From the NCBI GenBank assembly GCA_011605725.1, contig JAAOZP010000007.1, positions 1 through 58,366 of the forward strand: 58,366 nt of DNA, written 5' to 3'. Below, piece after piece: positions 1 through 9,356 of the stretch. This DNA comes from Nitrososphaerota archaeon (GTDB lineage Archaea; Thermoproteota; EX4484-205; JAAOZP01). Both the position numbers and the translations under genes were made by a program. How positions within the stretch are numbered: position 1 is the first letter of the stretch; the number at the start of each line of letters is the position of its first letter. The notes under the pieces are model-generated. The model worked only from the letters and a program-made list of their open reading frames with translations. It was not told the DNA's origin and did no database searches.

Positions 1-146
1 ATCAAATCTTCACAAAGCTCCTCCTCTATGGCCTCTTCAACAGCCTTGCTAAGTCCCTTTAAGCCTTTCTCGCCTACAACTTTAGTCTTGAACCTCTCCC
101 AGAGATCTCCATCAATAACTATGCTTGTCTTTATCTTCCTAGTCAT
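1..146 (-). CDS. Ribbon-helix-helix/VapB-like antitoxin or CopG-family protein (partial, runs off the window)
   Basis: Manual translation from the ATG at 146: MTRKIKTSIVIDGDLWERFKTKVVGEKGLKGLSKAVEEAIEEELCEDL..., a beta-strand plus two helices pattern. Not in the ORF track. Confidence 0.65.
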   Translation of the reverse strand, partial: MTRKIKTSIVIDGDLWERFKTKVVGEKGLKGLSKAVEEAIEEELCEDL

Positions 147-235
147 ACTCCAATCCCTAAATAATCTCTACAGTAAAAGAGTATATAAAGTTTTTGCTCA
201 TTATAACGCGCTCTGTTAACTTTATGCCATCATCC

Positions 236-243
236 GCGCGCGC
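236..243. repeat. (GC)4 palindromic tract at a fragment junction
   Basis: tccGCGCGCGCtatg. Confidence 0.9.
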
Positions 244-406
244 TATGCTTAAGGGAGAGGCTCCTAAAGACATAATACTGCACTACACTTGGTCAAGGTT
301 AGACGATCCTTATGGAGTCTTCTGCTGCTGGGAGGCGCCGAGCAAAGAAGCTCTGGTTAAGCTGTTCGAAAAATACTTGCCTACACTGTTGAAATACACT
401 GAGTTT

Positions 407-414
407 GCGCGCGC
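407..414. repeat. (GC)4 palindromic tract at a fragment junction
   Basis: tttGCGCGCGCtaaaaa. Confidence 0.9.
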
Positions 415-627
415 TAAAAATAGGAGTGTTCAACACAAGCATGCCTAGAATACCCAGTAGCCAGAGGTCAAATCAAATACGAGTTCAACCATCTCTTGGA
501 GAAGCTCTCGGAAAGAGACGAAGAGCTATACGTTAGGCTAAGGATGGTGAAGGGAATCCAGCAACACCCGGTCTTCTACATTACTGAAGGCCCGATAGAG
601 GAATGGGGAAAATCAAACTCTTCATAG
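415..627 (+). pseudogene. C-terminal fragment of pyrimidine dimer DNA glycosylase/endonuclease V family gene, frameshifted
   Basis: KIGVFNTSMPRIP, then a +1 shift at CCC 453-455, then VARGQIKYEFNHLLEKLSERDEELYVRLRMVKGIQQHPVFYITEGPIEEWGK...stop. This matches the family C-terminus (IPVTxGQxxYExxHLxxKL...HPxF...GxxExWE). The N-terminal half is absent. Confidence 0.7.
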
Positions 628-632
628 CGCGC
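627..632. repeat. (GC)3 tract at the end of the glycosylase fragment
   Basis: catAGCGCGCTaaac; TAGCGCGCTA is a palindrome. Confidence 0.8.
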
Positions 633-644
633 TAAACCTCTCCG

Positions 645-660
645 CAATATTTAAAAAGCT
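645..660 (+). promoter_or_regulatory. Archaeal TATA box for a probably leaderless mtaB transcript
   Basis: aatatTTAAAAag about 25 nt upstream of the ATG at 682. Confidence 0.55.
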
Positions 661-681
661 GTTGAATCGCTTGACTGGAAA

Positions 682-2049
682 ATGCGCGTGTTCAGCCGCT
701 TAGAGTTCAAAGACCCGTCTGAACTGGTCTTCGGATCAGCTAAGCATCCTTTGAACTACGGCTTCGGGCTTAAAGTAGGGCAGGGTGAAGTGGTTCCTGA
801 AGTAAAGTTTTTCCCTAGGGCTCTTTCCGGCAAGGATCCTGCAGGGTTTAAGGCTGAGGTGCAGGCCATAACGAGGGAGGTTCTCGACAGGGCTGTTGAA
901 CTAGGCGTTCCCTCTCTTCAGATAGAGACTGAGCTGACCTTCATGGAGACTAGGAACCCTAGGCTTGCAGGCGAAGTAGTAAGCATGCAGAAATCCCTGA
1001 TGGAGAAATACCATGAGGAGAATGGTTTGAAGCTTGGCTTGAGAGTTACTGTTGCAGACATAAGGGATTTCCGGGAGGGTTTAAGATCAACCGCGAACTA
1101 TAGTCTCATGATGGAGGCTTTCGAGGCTGTTTCCTCTAATGGTGCAGACGTCCTGTCTATAGAGTCTGAAGGCGGTAAAGACGTTTTCAACCATAGCTTG
1201 ATCAGGCAGGATGTTGAGGGAATAGTTTTCTCAGTCCTGCTGGCGTCTTTAGACATGAGCCTCATCTGGAGGGATATTGTTAACGTTGCGAGGAGAAACG
1301 GCTGTATCGCTGGCGGGGATACTGCTTGCGCTATTGCAAACACGGCGATGAAGCTAGCGGGCGATGTGAAATCAATGCTGCTGCCCCACACGCTTGCAGC
1401 CGTTGTGAGAGCCATGTCGGCAGCAAGGTCTCTAGTTGCTTACGAGCAGGGGGCAACAGGTCCAGGGAAGGACTGTGGCTATGAGAACGTGATCCTGAAA
1501 GCGATAACCGGCTTCCCAATGTCGATGGAGGGTAAAAGCAGTGCTTGCGCGCACTCCAGTCTAATAGGTAATGTTGCTTCCGCATGCTGTGACCTCTGGT
1601 CTAACGAGCAGGTTGAAAACCTAAGGCTTTTCGGGGGGTCAGCGCCCCAGGTTTTCCTTGAGGTTCTCCACTATGATTGTAAACTGATGAATAAAGCAGT
1701 AATGCTTGGGAAAGCTCTGGAGCTTAGAGATATGCTTGTCCTGTCGGACAAGTTTGACGATCCTCAAGCCCTTGTTCTCTCCCCGGATGTTGCTGTTAAG
1801 ATTGCGGAAGCAATAGTCTCCGAGCATGGTGATTACTATAGGCGGGTTAAGTCTGCATGCCAAAAAACAGTTGAGATCCTGGAGGGCTCCCGGCTTCTAC
1901 GCTTAAGCCCTCCTGAGCTCCGCTTTCTCTCCCGCTTTAAGAGCATTGCTGATTCTCTTCCGGAGGATGGGGAAGTATTCAGGGAAAGGATGTGTAGGGT
2001 TTTTGCAGGGAGGCTGCCGACCTTCCGGGAGAGGGATTACTGGCCTTAA
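682..2049 (+). CDS. mtaB: Methanol:corrinoid methyltransferase MtaB family
   Basis: MtaB motifs SIESEGGK, GDTACAIANTAM, GPGKDCGYEN, EGKSSACAHS and DLWSNE. The Zn-ligand Glu/Cys/Cys positions are retained. 455 aa. Confidence 0.9.
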   Translation: MRVFSRLEFKDPSELVFGSAKHPLNYGFGLKVGQGEVVPEVKFFPRALSGKDPAGFKAEVQAITREVLDRAVELGVPSLQIETELTFMETRNPRLAGEVVSMQKSLMEKYHEENGLKLGLRVTVADIRDFREGLRSTANYSLMMEAFEAVSSNGADVLSIESEGGKDVFNHSLIRQDVEGIVFSVLLASLDMSLIWRDIVNVARRNGCIAGGDTACAIANTAMKLAGDVKSMLLPHTLAAVVRAMSAARSLVAYEQGATGPGKDCGYENVILKAITGFPMSMEGKSSACAHSSLIGNVASACCDLWSNEQVENLRLFGGSAPQVFLEVLHYDCKLMNKAVMLGKALELRDMLVLSDKFDDPQALVLSPDVAVKIAEAIVSEHGDYYRRVKSACQKTVEILEGSRLLRLSPPELRFLSRFKSIADSLPEDGEVFRERMCRVFAGRLPTFRERDYWP

Positions 2050-3890
2050 TCAAGCAGGGGAGTCCTCATGCTTATAGCCTTCATTACTCTTGGAAACATG
2101 TCTGTCCTCCTATGTGGGAACTGCGTCGCGTCGATAAACTCGTTTTGAAACTCGCGGACCGTGTTTAAATCAATAGCCTTCACTTTCTTAGCTACGGTTT
2201 CAGCCTCCTCCCTAATCCTTCTTGAAAGGAGGCTCATTACCGCTCCCTGGCCTGAGCCGTTCCCTATCTGTATGATCCTGCTTAAGGGGAGCTCAGGCAT
2301 CATGCCGACTATCATCGCCGACCTCGGGTCAATATAGTTTCCGAAGGCTCCTGCAACGTATACTTTAGACACCTGGTTCAAGCTTACTCCGGCAATCCTT
2401 AGGAGAAGCATGCATGCGGTGAATATGGCTGCCTTCGCAAGCTGGAAGCTTCTAACGTCTTTCTGCGTTATGCAGATTCTCCTACCCTCCTTGTTAACAG
2501 CTAGCACGAAAGCCTTTTCTCCATCAGTATTCACGATTCTCGGATTATTCAGGTCAGCAATCCTCCCCTTCTGGTCTAATACTCCAGCTATAAGCATCCA
2601 TGCTACCGCGTCGACAACTCCTGAGCCGCATATTCCTCTCGGATCCGTGTCGCCTATCGTCTTATAGTAGACGTTAAGGGTCTCCACGTCGATGGAAACC
2701 GATTCTATCGCACCGTCCATCCCTCTCATGCCGTTAGAAAGGCCAGCTCCCTCGATGGCTGGTCCAGCCGCCGTGGATGATGCGAGCATCAAGTCTCCTG
2801 CTTTCAAGACGACTTCACCGTTGGTTCCAAGGTCTATCAGCATGGATTTCTCATCCTGCTCATGCATTCCTGAGACAAGTATGTCTGCAACCACGTCTCC
2901 GCCAACATAGCCGCTGATTAAAGGGAAAGTATGGCAGACTGCGGAATCGTTCGCCGTAAGGCCTATCTCTCTCGCTTTGAACACTAGGCTGGACCTGAAG
3001 GGTGGAACATACGGTGCTGTCGCTATCGCTGAAACATCCACTCCATAAAGAAGGCTGGTCATAACAGTGTTTCCGGAGAAGGATAATTCGTAAATCTCTG
3101 AGGGGGAGCATTCAGCCTCGTCAGCCGCCTCCTGAATCAACCTGTTTATTGTCGCCACTACTCTGCTTTGAAGCTCCTTCAGATTCTGGCTTCCCTTCAA
3201 AGCGAAGGTTATCCTGGATATTACGTCGTCACCATACGCTATCTGACCGTTGTAATCTGATTTTACGGATGCTATTCGCCCGGTTTTCAGGTTGACCAGG
3301 TAGGCAACGACGGTAGTTGTACCTATGTCTACAGCGACACCGTAGAAATCCCGGCCGCTCGGTCTAACATCCAGGATCTCGTCTTCATGCAGAATCGCTT
3401 CTAAATCCCATTCTAACTCCCTCAGTTTACCGGGCAGCTTCTTGAGAAGCAGGCTGTCGATTGTTTTCGCGTTTAAAGTCTGAAGAAGGCGTTCAGCATC
3501 AGACCTCTGGTCTGTGAGCGAAGGCTTAGGAATCCTGGCTTTCAAGCTTCTAGTTGCAGGATGGGGCTCGAAATCCTTAACGCGTCCCCATTCAAGTATC
3601 TTGCCCCTGGTCTGTCTAGAAGACTGGGGGATCCTAATGGTGACGTCGCCTATGATTCGTGCTTGACAGGCTAGTCTGAAGGATTTCGACAGGCTTCTCA
3701 CTTCTTTTTCCATTGAAGTCGGCTCATTCAACCCGTTGCTGACGACTTCGACGACGCATTTTTTACAAACGCCACGCCCTCCGCAGACGCTTTCAATATT
3801 AACACCCGCCTCTTTAAGCGTGGCTAGCAGGTTCGACCCGTATGGGGCCTGAATCCTAATGCCTTCGGGTTGAATCGTTACCAGGGGCAC
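2046..3890 (-). CDS. ATP-dependent reductive activator of corrinoid proteins (ASKHA/COG3894, RACo type) with an N-terminal [2Fe-2S] domain
   Basis: CGGRGVCKKC...RLACQ ferredoxin motif; DIGTTT, GDDVISRI, DLGTNGE, AAGPAIEG, GICGSG, AGAFG. Confidence 0.92.
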   Translation of the reverse strand: MPLVTIQPEGIRIQAPYGSNLLATLKEAGVNIESVCGGRGVCKKCVVEVVSNGLNEPTSMEKEVRSLSKSFRLACQARIIGDVTIRIPQSSRQTRGKILEWGRVKDFEPHPATRSLKARIPKPSLTDQRSDAERLLQTLNAKTIDSLLLKKLPGKLRELEWDLEAILHEDEILDVRPSGRDFYGVAVDIGTTTVVAYLVNLKTGRIASVKSDYNGQIAYGDDVISRITFALKGSQNLKELQSRVVATINRLIQEAADEAECSPSEIYELSFSGNTVMTSLLYGVDVSAIATAPYVPPFRSSLVFKAREIGLTANDSAVCHTFPLISGYVGGDVVADILVSGMHEQDEKSMLIDLGTNGEVVLKAGDLMLASSTAAGPAIEGAGLSNGMRGMDGAIESVSIDVETLNVYYKTIGDTDPRGICGSGVVDAVAWMLIAGVLDQKGRIADLNNPRIVNTDGEKAFVLAVNKEGRRICITQKDVRSFQLAKAAIFTACMLLLRIAGVSLNQVSKVYVAGAFGNYIDPRSAMIVGMMPELPLSRIIQIGNGSGQGAVMSLLSRRIREEAETVAKKVKAIDLNTVREFQNEFIDATQFPHRRTDMFPRVMKAISMRTPLLD

Positions 3891-4006
3891 GGGTGCAGCT
3901 CCGTTAAACAGTAAATATAAACTTTAAAAAACGTTTAGCTTTTAACAGTTCGAGTAGCAGGTGTTTCAGCGAAAAGCTTTTACCCGGCTTTTTTAAACAA
4001 GGCTCA

Positions 4007-5122
4007 ATGTTCTTTAAAGAGGATTGGGCGGAGGCTAAGGAACGGCTTTCAGCCTGGTGGGAGAAAGATTCTTTAGACAGGCCGCTTATACAGGTGTATG
4101 CTCCAAGGAGCAAACCCAAGTATGCTTCGGAAGAGGATTTGAAGTTCGACTATGATCATTGGGGTTTTCCGAGAAAAATTAAGGATCCTGCTGCCATAAG
4201 CGGAAACATAAAGGGTTTTCGGAGGCAGTGTGCAGAAACCTATTACGGGGGTGAAGCCTATCCGAACCTCTGGATAAACCTTGGCGCCGGTGTTCTTGGC
4301 GCATACTTAGGCGCGGAACCGGTCTTGGAGAGCGAAACAGTATGGTTTGGAGCTCAGAGAAACAATGCGCTTGGGAAAAGCTGGGAGGAATTACGCCGCT
4401 TAGAGTTCGACCCGGCTAACGAATGGTGGATACTTACGAAGAGAATAACTGAAGCAGCTTCTGAAACCCTGGCGGGGTTCAGCATGGTTGGCATGACTGA
4501 CCTTGGTGGAATACTGGATGTCGCCGCCTCGCTGCGGGGAGCTGAAAACCTTGTCGTCGACCTTGTGAAGAATCCCGCGGACGTTAAATCACTCTCCTCC
4601 AAGATTATAGATTACTGGCACATGTGCTACGAAGAGTTGGACAGGATAATAAGGAGGCGCGTAGAGGGCACGTCTGCCTGGATGGGCATATGGTGTCCTG
4701 AAAGATGGTACCCGATTCAGTGTGATTTCGCCTTCATGCTTTCCCCGAAGCTTTTCGACGAGTTTGTGCTTCCACATGTTGAAGAGCAGTGTGAAAGGCT
4801 TGACAGGGTAATATATCATCTCGACGGTCCCGGTCAAATACAGCATTTAAACTCGCTGCTTAAAGTTGAGAGGCTGGACGGCATCCAGTGGGTACCCGGT
4901 GCGGGAGAAGAGCTGCAGGGGAATGACTGTGGGTCGCAAAAATGGATTCCCCTTTACAGGAAGATCCTGGAAGCCGGGAAGCTTTTAGTGCTTTACATGC
5001 CCAGGGAAAAGGTTATTCCAATGCTTAAGGCGCTTGGCTCTAGGAAAGTATTAGTCCAGACTTTCTGCGTTTCCGAAACGGATGCTAGGAAGCTTTTGAC
5101 TGAGGCTGAAAACCTGATGTAG
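4007..5122 (+). CDS. Uroporphyrinogen decarboxylase/MtaA-CmuA-like TIM-barrel protein (putative corrinoid-dependent methyltransferase)
   Basis: DVAASLRGAENL, QCDFAFMLSP, YHLDGPG, IQWVPGAG; divergent from the activase gene. Confidence 0.75.
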   Translation: MFFKEDWAEAKERLSAWWEKDSLDRPLIQVYAPRSKPKYASEEDLKFDYDHWGFPRKIKDPAAISGNIKGFRRQCAETYYGGEAYPNLWINLGAGVLGAYLGAEPVLESETVWFGAQRNNALGKSWEELRRLEFDPANEWWILTKRITEAASETLAGFSMVGMTDLGGILDVAASLRGAENLVVDLVKNPADVKSLSSKIIDYWHMCYEELDRIIRRRVEGTSAWMGIWCPERWYPIQCDFAFMLSPKLFDEFVLPHVEEQCERLDRVIYHLDGPGQIQHLNSLLKVERLDGIQWVPGAGEELQGNDCGSQKWIPLYRKILEAGKLLVLYMPREKVIPMLKALGSRKVLVQTFCVSETDARKLLTEAENLM

Positions 5123-5190
5123 GGTTTGGAAGCCTGTTTACGACGCGTGCTTTCCATCCAGGGTGAAAAGAATCTTCGCAAGCGGTTTGA

Positions 5191-6993
5191 CTACTTTGCC
5201 TTTATTTCAGGAGCTGCACCGAATTGAAGCTCGTAAAGCTTAGCATACGCGCCGCCTTTCTTCATCAGTTCCTCGTGAGTCCCCTCCTCGATTATTCTCC
5301 CGTTCTCTAGAAACACTATTCTCTGTGCAAGCTTAACGGTTGAAAGCCTGTGGGCGATAATTATGCATGTTCTCCCCTTCATGAGTTTCACCATTGCTTT
5401 CTGGAGCAGCGACTCAGTGTATGAGTCTAGGCTGCTCGTAGCCTCGTCCAGTATAAGTATCTTCGGATCCTTAAGCATTGCTCTTGCGAAGCTTATTAAC
5501 TGTCTCTCCCCGAGCGACAGGTTGCTTCCTCCGGGGGATACTGCTGTCTCATACTTCTGCGGCATCCTGTTTATCAGCTCCTCTAACCCAAGCTCTGAAG
5601 CAACCTTCTTAACATCCTCATCTGAAGCCTCCGTGTTTCCCAGCCTTATGTTCTCCATGATCGTGCCGTTAAAAAGCACTGGTTCCTGCGGGACAAGTGC
5701 TACCTGTCTCCTGAGGGATTTGAACGTGAAATCCTTAACATTATAGCCGTCTATAAGAACCTCTCCAGCCTTAGGGTCGTAAAGCCTCAGTATAAGGTTT
5801 GTCAAGGTTGTTTTACCCGCTCCCGTTGGACCGACTACTGCAACTATCTCGCCCGGGTTGACTTGGAAGTTCAACCCTTGGAAAACAGTGTTCCCATCGT
5901 AGTCGAAATAAACGTTTCTCAACTCGATTCTACCTGTTTTTATCTCTATCCATCTTGCTCCTTCAGACTCTACAACTTTAGGCTTCACCTGGAGGAAAAG
6001 ATAGACTCTTTCAGCCGCCGCCAACGCTGCCTGCAACGTGCTGTAGAAGGTTGTTAGAGTGATTATCGGCCGGTAAAGCATCTCGGCATAGCTGTAGAAT
6101 GCAACTAGAATCCCGATGCTGATTTCTCCGGATACGACTAGGCTTCCACCGTAAAGTATCAGTATAATGTAGGAGATGGTTCTAACAGCGTCGAGCGAAG
6201 GCCTGATCATTGCGAAAACAATTCTGGCTCGAAGGTTTGTCTTCATCGTTTCATTACTCAGCCTGTCGAACGAAGCAATGTCAACGTTTCTCCTCTCTGC
6301 GAAAGATTGGGAGACCCTTGAGCCTGAGACGCTCTGCTCAACGCTGCTCGTCAACTCGCTAAGCTTCTCCCTGGTCTGCCTATAGGCCTGTCTCGTCTTG
6401 ACCGCGAAATACCTTGAGAGAAGCAGCATTAAAGGTATTGCGGTGAGTGTTGCTAGACTCAGCCCCACGTGTAGGGTGAGCATGACATAGAGTGAGCCGA
6501 GGAGTGTTGCTGAGCCTATGAGTACTTCTATTGTTCCTGAAGTCGTAACATCCCCAATAGCATTTATATCGTTTATTATTAGTGAAATGATTTTACCGGT
6601 TCTCTCAACGTTAACATGCGCAATATCCATCTCCTCCATGTGTTTGAAAACGGTGCTTCTCATGCTGTAAAGAAGCCTCTGGTTTATCCTACCGGTTAAA
6701 CTGCCCCTTGCGAAACCCAACACCCATCCTCCTGCAGCAACCCCCACCAGCATGAGGGCATATTTCCCTAAGCTGTCTGGATTACCCTGCATAATGCCCT
6801 CGTCTATAAGAAGCCTGCCAACATACGGGCTCACAACGTTAACCCCTATTGAGGCTAGTGCTACGATGATAAGCATGAGTACGCTGAGCTTCATCGGAGC
6901 CAACCATCGTAGGAGCCATGCGATGAGCGTTCTGGAAGCTATCTCCCTAGGTTTCCCCTCGGCTTCAGCAGCTTGACGGAAATGCCAACCCAT
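5191..6993 (-). CDS. ABC exporter, fused TMD-NBD (type IV)
   Basis: Six TM segments; GPTGAGKT, LSLGERQ, ILDEATS. Confidence 0.93.
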   Translation of the reverse strand: MGWHFRQAAEAEGKPREIASRTLIAWLLRWLAPMKLSVLMLIIVALASIGVNVVSPYVGRLLIDEGIMQGNPDSLGKYALMLVGVAAGGWVLGFARGSLTGRINQRLLYSMRSTVFKHMEEMDIAHVNVERTGKIISLIINDINAIGDVTTSGTIEVLIGSATLLGSLYVMLTLHVGLSLATLTAIPLMLLLSRYFAVKTRQAYRQTREKLSELTSSVEQSVSGSRVSQSFAERRNVDIASFDRLSNETMKTNLRARIVFAMIRPSLDAVRTISYIILILYGGSLVVSGEISIGILVAFYSYAEMLYRPIITLTTFYSTLQAALAAAERVYLFLQVKPKVVESEGARWIEIKTGRIELRNVYFDYDGNTVFQGLNFQVNPGEIVAVVGPTGAGKTTLTNLILRLYDPKAGEVLIDGYNVKDFTFKSLRRQVALVPQEPVLFNGTIMENIRLGNTEASDEDVKKVASELGLEELINRMPQKYETAVSPGGSNLSLGERQLISFARAMLKDPKILILDEATSSLDSYTESLLQKAMVKLMKGRTCIIIAHRLSTVKLAQRIVFLENGRIIEEGTHEELMKKGGAYAKLYELQFGAAPEIKAK

Positions 6994-6994
6994 G

Positions 6995-8755
6995 CTACGG
7001 TTTCACCTCCTGAAAAGCATACTGTGAAACATACAGCTTAGCATAGACTCCTCCTTTACTCATGAGTTCCTCATGCGTCCCGTCCTCAACAACCTTTCCG
7101 TCTTCAATAACAATTATCCTTTCGCTGAGCTTCAGTGTTGAAAGCCTCTGAGTAACTATGAAGACAGTCTTATTCTTAACGAGCTCCTTCAACGATTCGT
7201 ATATTTCCTTCTCTGTTTCCACATCCACGCTTGAAGTCGAATCGTCCAGAATTAGTATTGAAGGGTTTACAAGCAGGGCTCGCGCAATAGCTAGCCTCTG
7301 CCTCTGCCCGCCTGAAAGAGTAACCCCTCTCTCTCCTATTACAGTGTCGTATCCTTTCGGGAGGCTTGTTATGAAGTCGTGTATCCTCGCCGCCTTCGCA
7401 GCCCTCTCTATCTCATCCTGAGTAGCGTTAGGCTTTCCATACGCGATGTTCTCCCTTATAGTTGTCGGGAATAGGAAAACATCTTGATGCACTATGCCTA
7501 TGTTTCTCCTGAGCGAGCTTATCTTTACGTCCCTAATGTCTACACCATCTATCAGAATGCAGCCTTCCTGAGGATCGTAAAACCTTGGTATCAGCTTGAT
7601 CACGGTGCTTTTCCCAGATCCTGTTGCCCCGACTAAAGCTACTTTTTCCCCAGGCTTCACTGTAAAACTCATCCCCTTAAGTATTGGCTTATCCTTATCG
7701 TAGCCGAACACTACGTTCTTGAAACATACTTCCCCCCTAACGTTTTTCAGCTCTATTGCATCAGGCTTCTCCTTAACCTCGGGTTCAGTATCAAGGATTT
7801 CAAATATTCTTCGTGCTGACACCATTGCTTCCGCATATCTTGACAATACGAATCCTATTGACATTATTGGCCAAACAAGCATGCCGAGATACATCGTGAA
7901 GGTAACGAGCTGGCCCAGGCTAATACTGCCCATAATAGTCTGGAGGCCTCCATACCAGTATACGACTGCAGAGCCGACTCCGATTATCAATCCCAGCGAA
8001 GGCCATGTTAGTGAGCTTAGGAAGACGCTCCTCATGCCTATGCTATATATCTCCCTGTTTTTCGCCTCAAACCTTTTAAACATCTCTTCTTCAGCGCCAA
8101 GCGTCTTCAAAACTTTAAATCCTGAAACAGCCTCCTGAATCATAGCGCTCATATCGCTCGTCTCCCTCCAGATTCTTTCGAACAAGGGTCTTACGAAACG
8201 GTTGAAAGAAAGGGAAACAATACCGATGAAAGGTGTTAGTGCTAGCGCTATTAAGGCTAGGTTAAGATTTATCGTTAAAAGGATTGTGATGACGATTATC
8301 AGTGTGGCTGTTGAACCTATTATGTTTGGAAGCGCGAAGCCAAGCAGCCTACCTATGTTTTCAGTATCCCGGGTTACTCTAGTTATGATCTGTCCGGAGT
8401 CAACTCTATCGTAGAAGCTGTACGATAAGTCTTGAAGATGCCGGTAAATGCTTACTCTAATCCTGTAAACTATTCTCTGTGCTAATGATTCGCTTAAATA
8501 TTCATTCAGAAACGATATTCCTCCTGCTAAAAGCGTCAACACCATTATTGCCGCCGCGTAAAACCATAGTTCTGACAATGCTTTCACAATCGTTATGTCG
8601 ATAACTCTCCCCGCTATTATTGGGCTGACTATGTTAACCAGGGCTCCGAGAATTATCATGACTAGTGTTAACGCTAATATTGTTTTTTCCTGCTTAACAT
8701 ATTCCAGGATCCTTAGGAACGGGTGTTTACTGCTGTCAGGCATTTTTAAAACCAC
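6995..8755 (-). CDS. ABC exporter, fused TMD-NBD (degenerate-site partner of a heterodimer)
   Basis: GATGSGKS, LSGGQRQ, degenerate Walker B ILDDSTS, and Q in place of the switch His (VTQR). Confidence 0.93.
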   Translation of the reverse strand: MVLKMPDSSKHPFLRILEYVKQEKTILALTLVMIILGALVNIVSPIIAGRVIDITIVKALSELWFYAAAIMVLTLLAGGISFLNEYLSESLAQRIVYRIRVSIYRHLQDLSYSFYDRVDSGQIITRVTRDTENIGRLLGFALPNIIGSTATLIIVITILLTINLNLALIALALTPFIGIVSLSFNRFVRPLFERIWRETSDMSAMIQEAVSGFKVLKTLGAEEEMFKRFEAKNREIYSIGMRSVFLSSLTWPSLGLIIGVGSAVVYWYGGLQTIMGSISLGQLVTFTMYLGMLVWPIMSIGFVLSRYAEAMVSARRIFEILDTEPEVKEKPDAIELKNVRGEVCFKNVVFGYDKDKPILKGMSFTVKPGEKVALVGATGSGKSTVIKLIPRFYDPQEGCILIDGVDIRDVKISSLRRNIGIVHQDVFLFPTTIRENIAYGKPNATQDEIERAAKAARIHDFITSLPKGYDTVIGERGVTLSGGQRQRLAIARALLVNPSILILDDSTSSVDVETEKEIYESLKELVKNKTVFIVTQRLSTLKLSERIIVIEDGKVVEDGTHEELMSKGGVYAKLYVSQYAFQEVKP

Positions 8756-8831
8756 TCTGCATAACGCTATTTAAAAATTACTAAGCATCTATTTTCAGCC
8801 AAAGCTTAAGCTGGCTCATGGGAAGAGGGCT

Positions 8832-9356
8832 TTAAGTTACTGTTTCAAGAAGCATCCTGCTATGCTCGTCGACTTTACTAATATCCTCAACAATGTAAAC
8901 ATTATCGTTAGTATCGATGATAACGATCTTTTCTCCAGACCTGTTTACACTCCTCCTCCCCCTTGTCTTGAACTCCCTCGATCCTCTATTAGTTTCAACA
9001 TGCCATATGAATTCGTCTCCGCTTGTCTCCAGCTTCCTAACCCTTCTAATCACAGGTATGAAGTAGAGTTTTTCCAATGTTTCTTCAAGGTTTTTCCTCG
9101 ACTCAGCATCCGTTTCTCTATAATCTTCCATTACGCATACTTCGTTTCCCTGAACATCGGTGAATATCAGGAAATAAGGGTTGCTTATTGGGAATGGCTT
9201 CTTAGGAACTACTTCGAGAAACTCCCCGTTGCTTCCCACTATCTTTACAGTATTCGGCTTCTCTCCCTTAAGGATCCTTGTCTTTTTCACATCCAGAACC
9301 CACGTCTTGCTAAGGAAGTCTTCAAGCAACGGCAACCTGTTTCTCAGCCTCCGCAA
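8832..9356 (-). CDS. DUF1854 domain protein
   Basis: PFPISNP, YFIPVIRRV, WHVETNRG, IDTNDNVY motifs; lies downstream of a long ABC transporter gene. Confidence 0.8.
   Translation of the reverse strand: MRRLRNRLPLLEDFLSKTWVLDVKKTRILKGEKPNTVKIVGSNGEFLEVVPKKPFPISNPYFLIFTDVQGNEVCVMEDYRETDAESRKNLEETLEKLYFIPVIRRVRKLETSGDEFIWHVETNRGSREFKTRGRRSVNRSGEKIVIIDTNDNVYIVEDISKVDEHSRMLLETVT

Larger units (their letters stand above)
224..414 (+). pseudogene. Fragment of a small DUF4242/DUF3303-like protein bounded by GCGCGCGC tracts
   Basis: MPSS-(ARA, GC tract 236-243)-MLKGEAPKDIILHYTWSRLDDPYGVFCCWEAPSKEALVKLFEKY...EF-(GC tract 407-414). CxWEAPS is typical of this family. Both termini appear to be missing. 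Confidence 0.45.

Noticed and set aside
28-219. 63-aa plus-strand ORF
   Set aside because: It is the antisense shadow of the RHH-like gene on the minus strand.
682-2049. mtaB as evidence of methanogenesis
   Set aside because: There are no mcr or mtr genes in the window, and MtaB also occurs in acetogens and non-methanogenic archaea.
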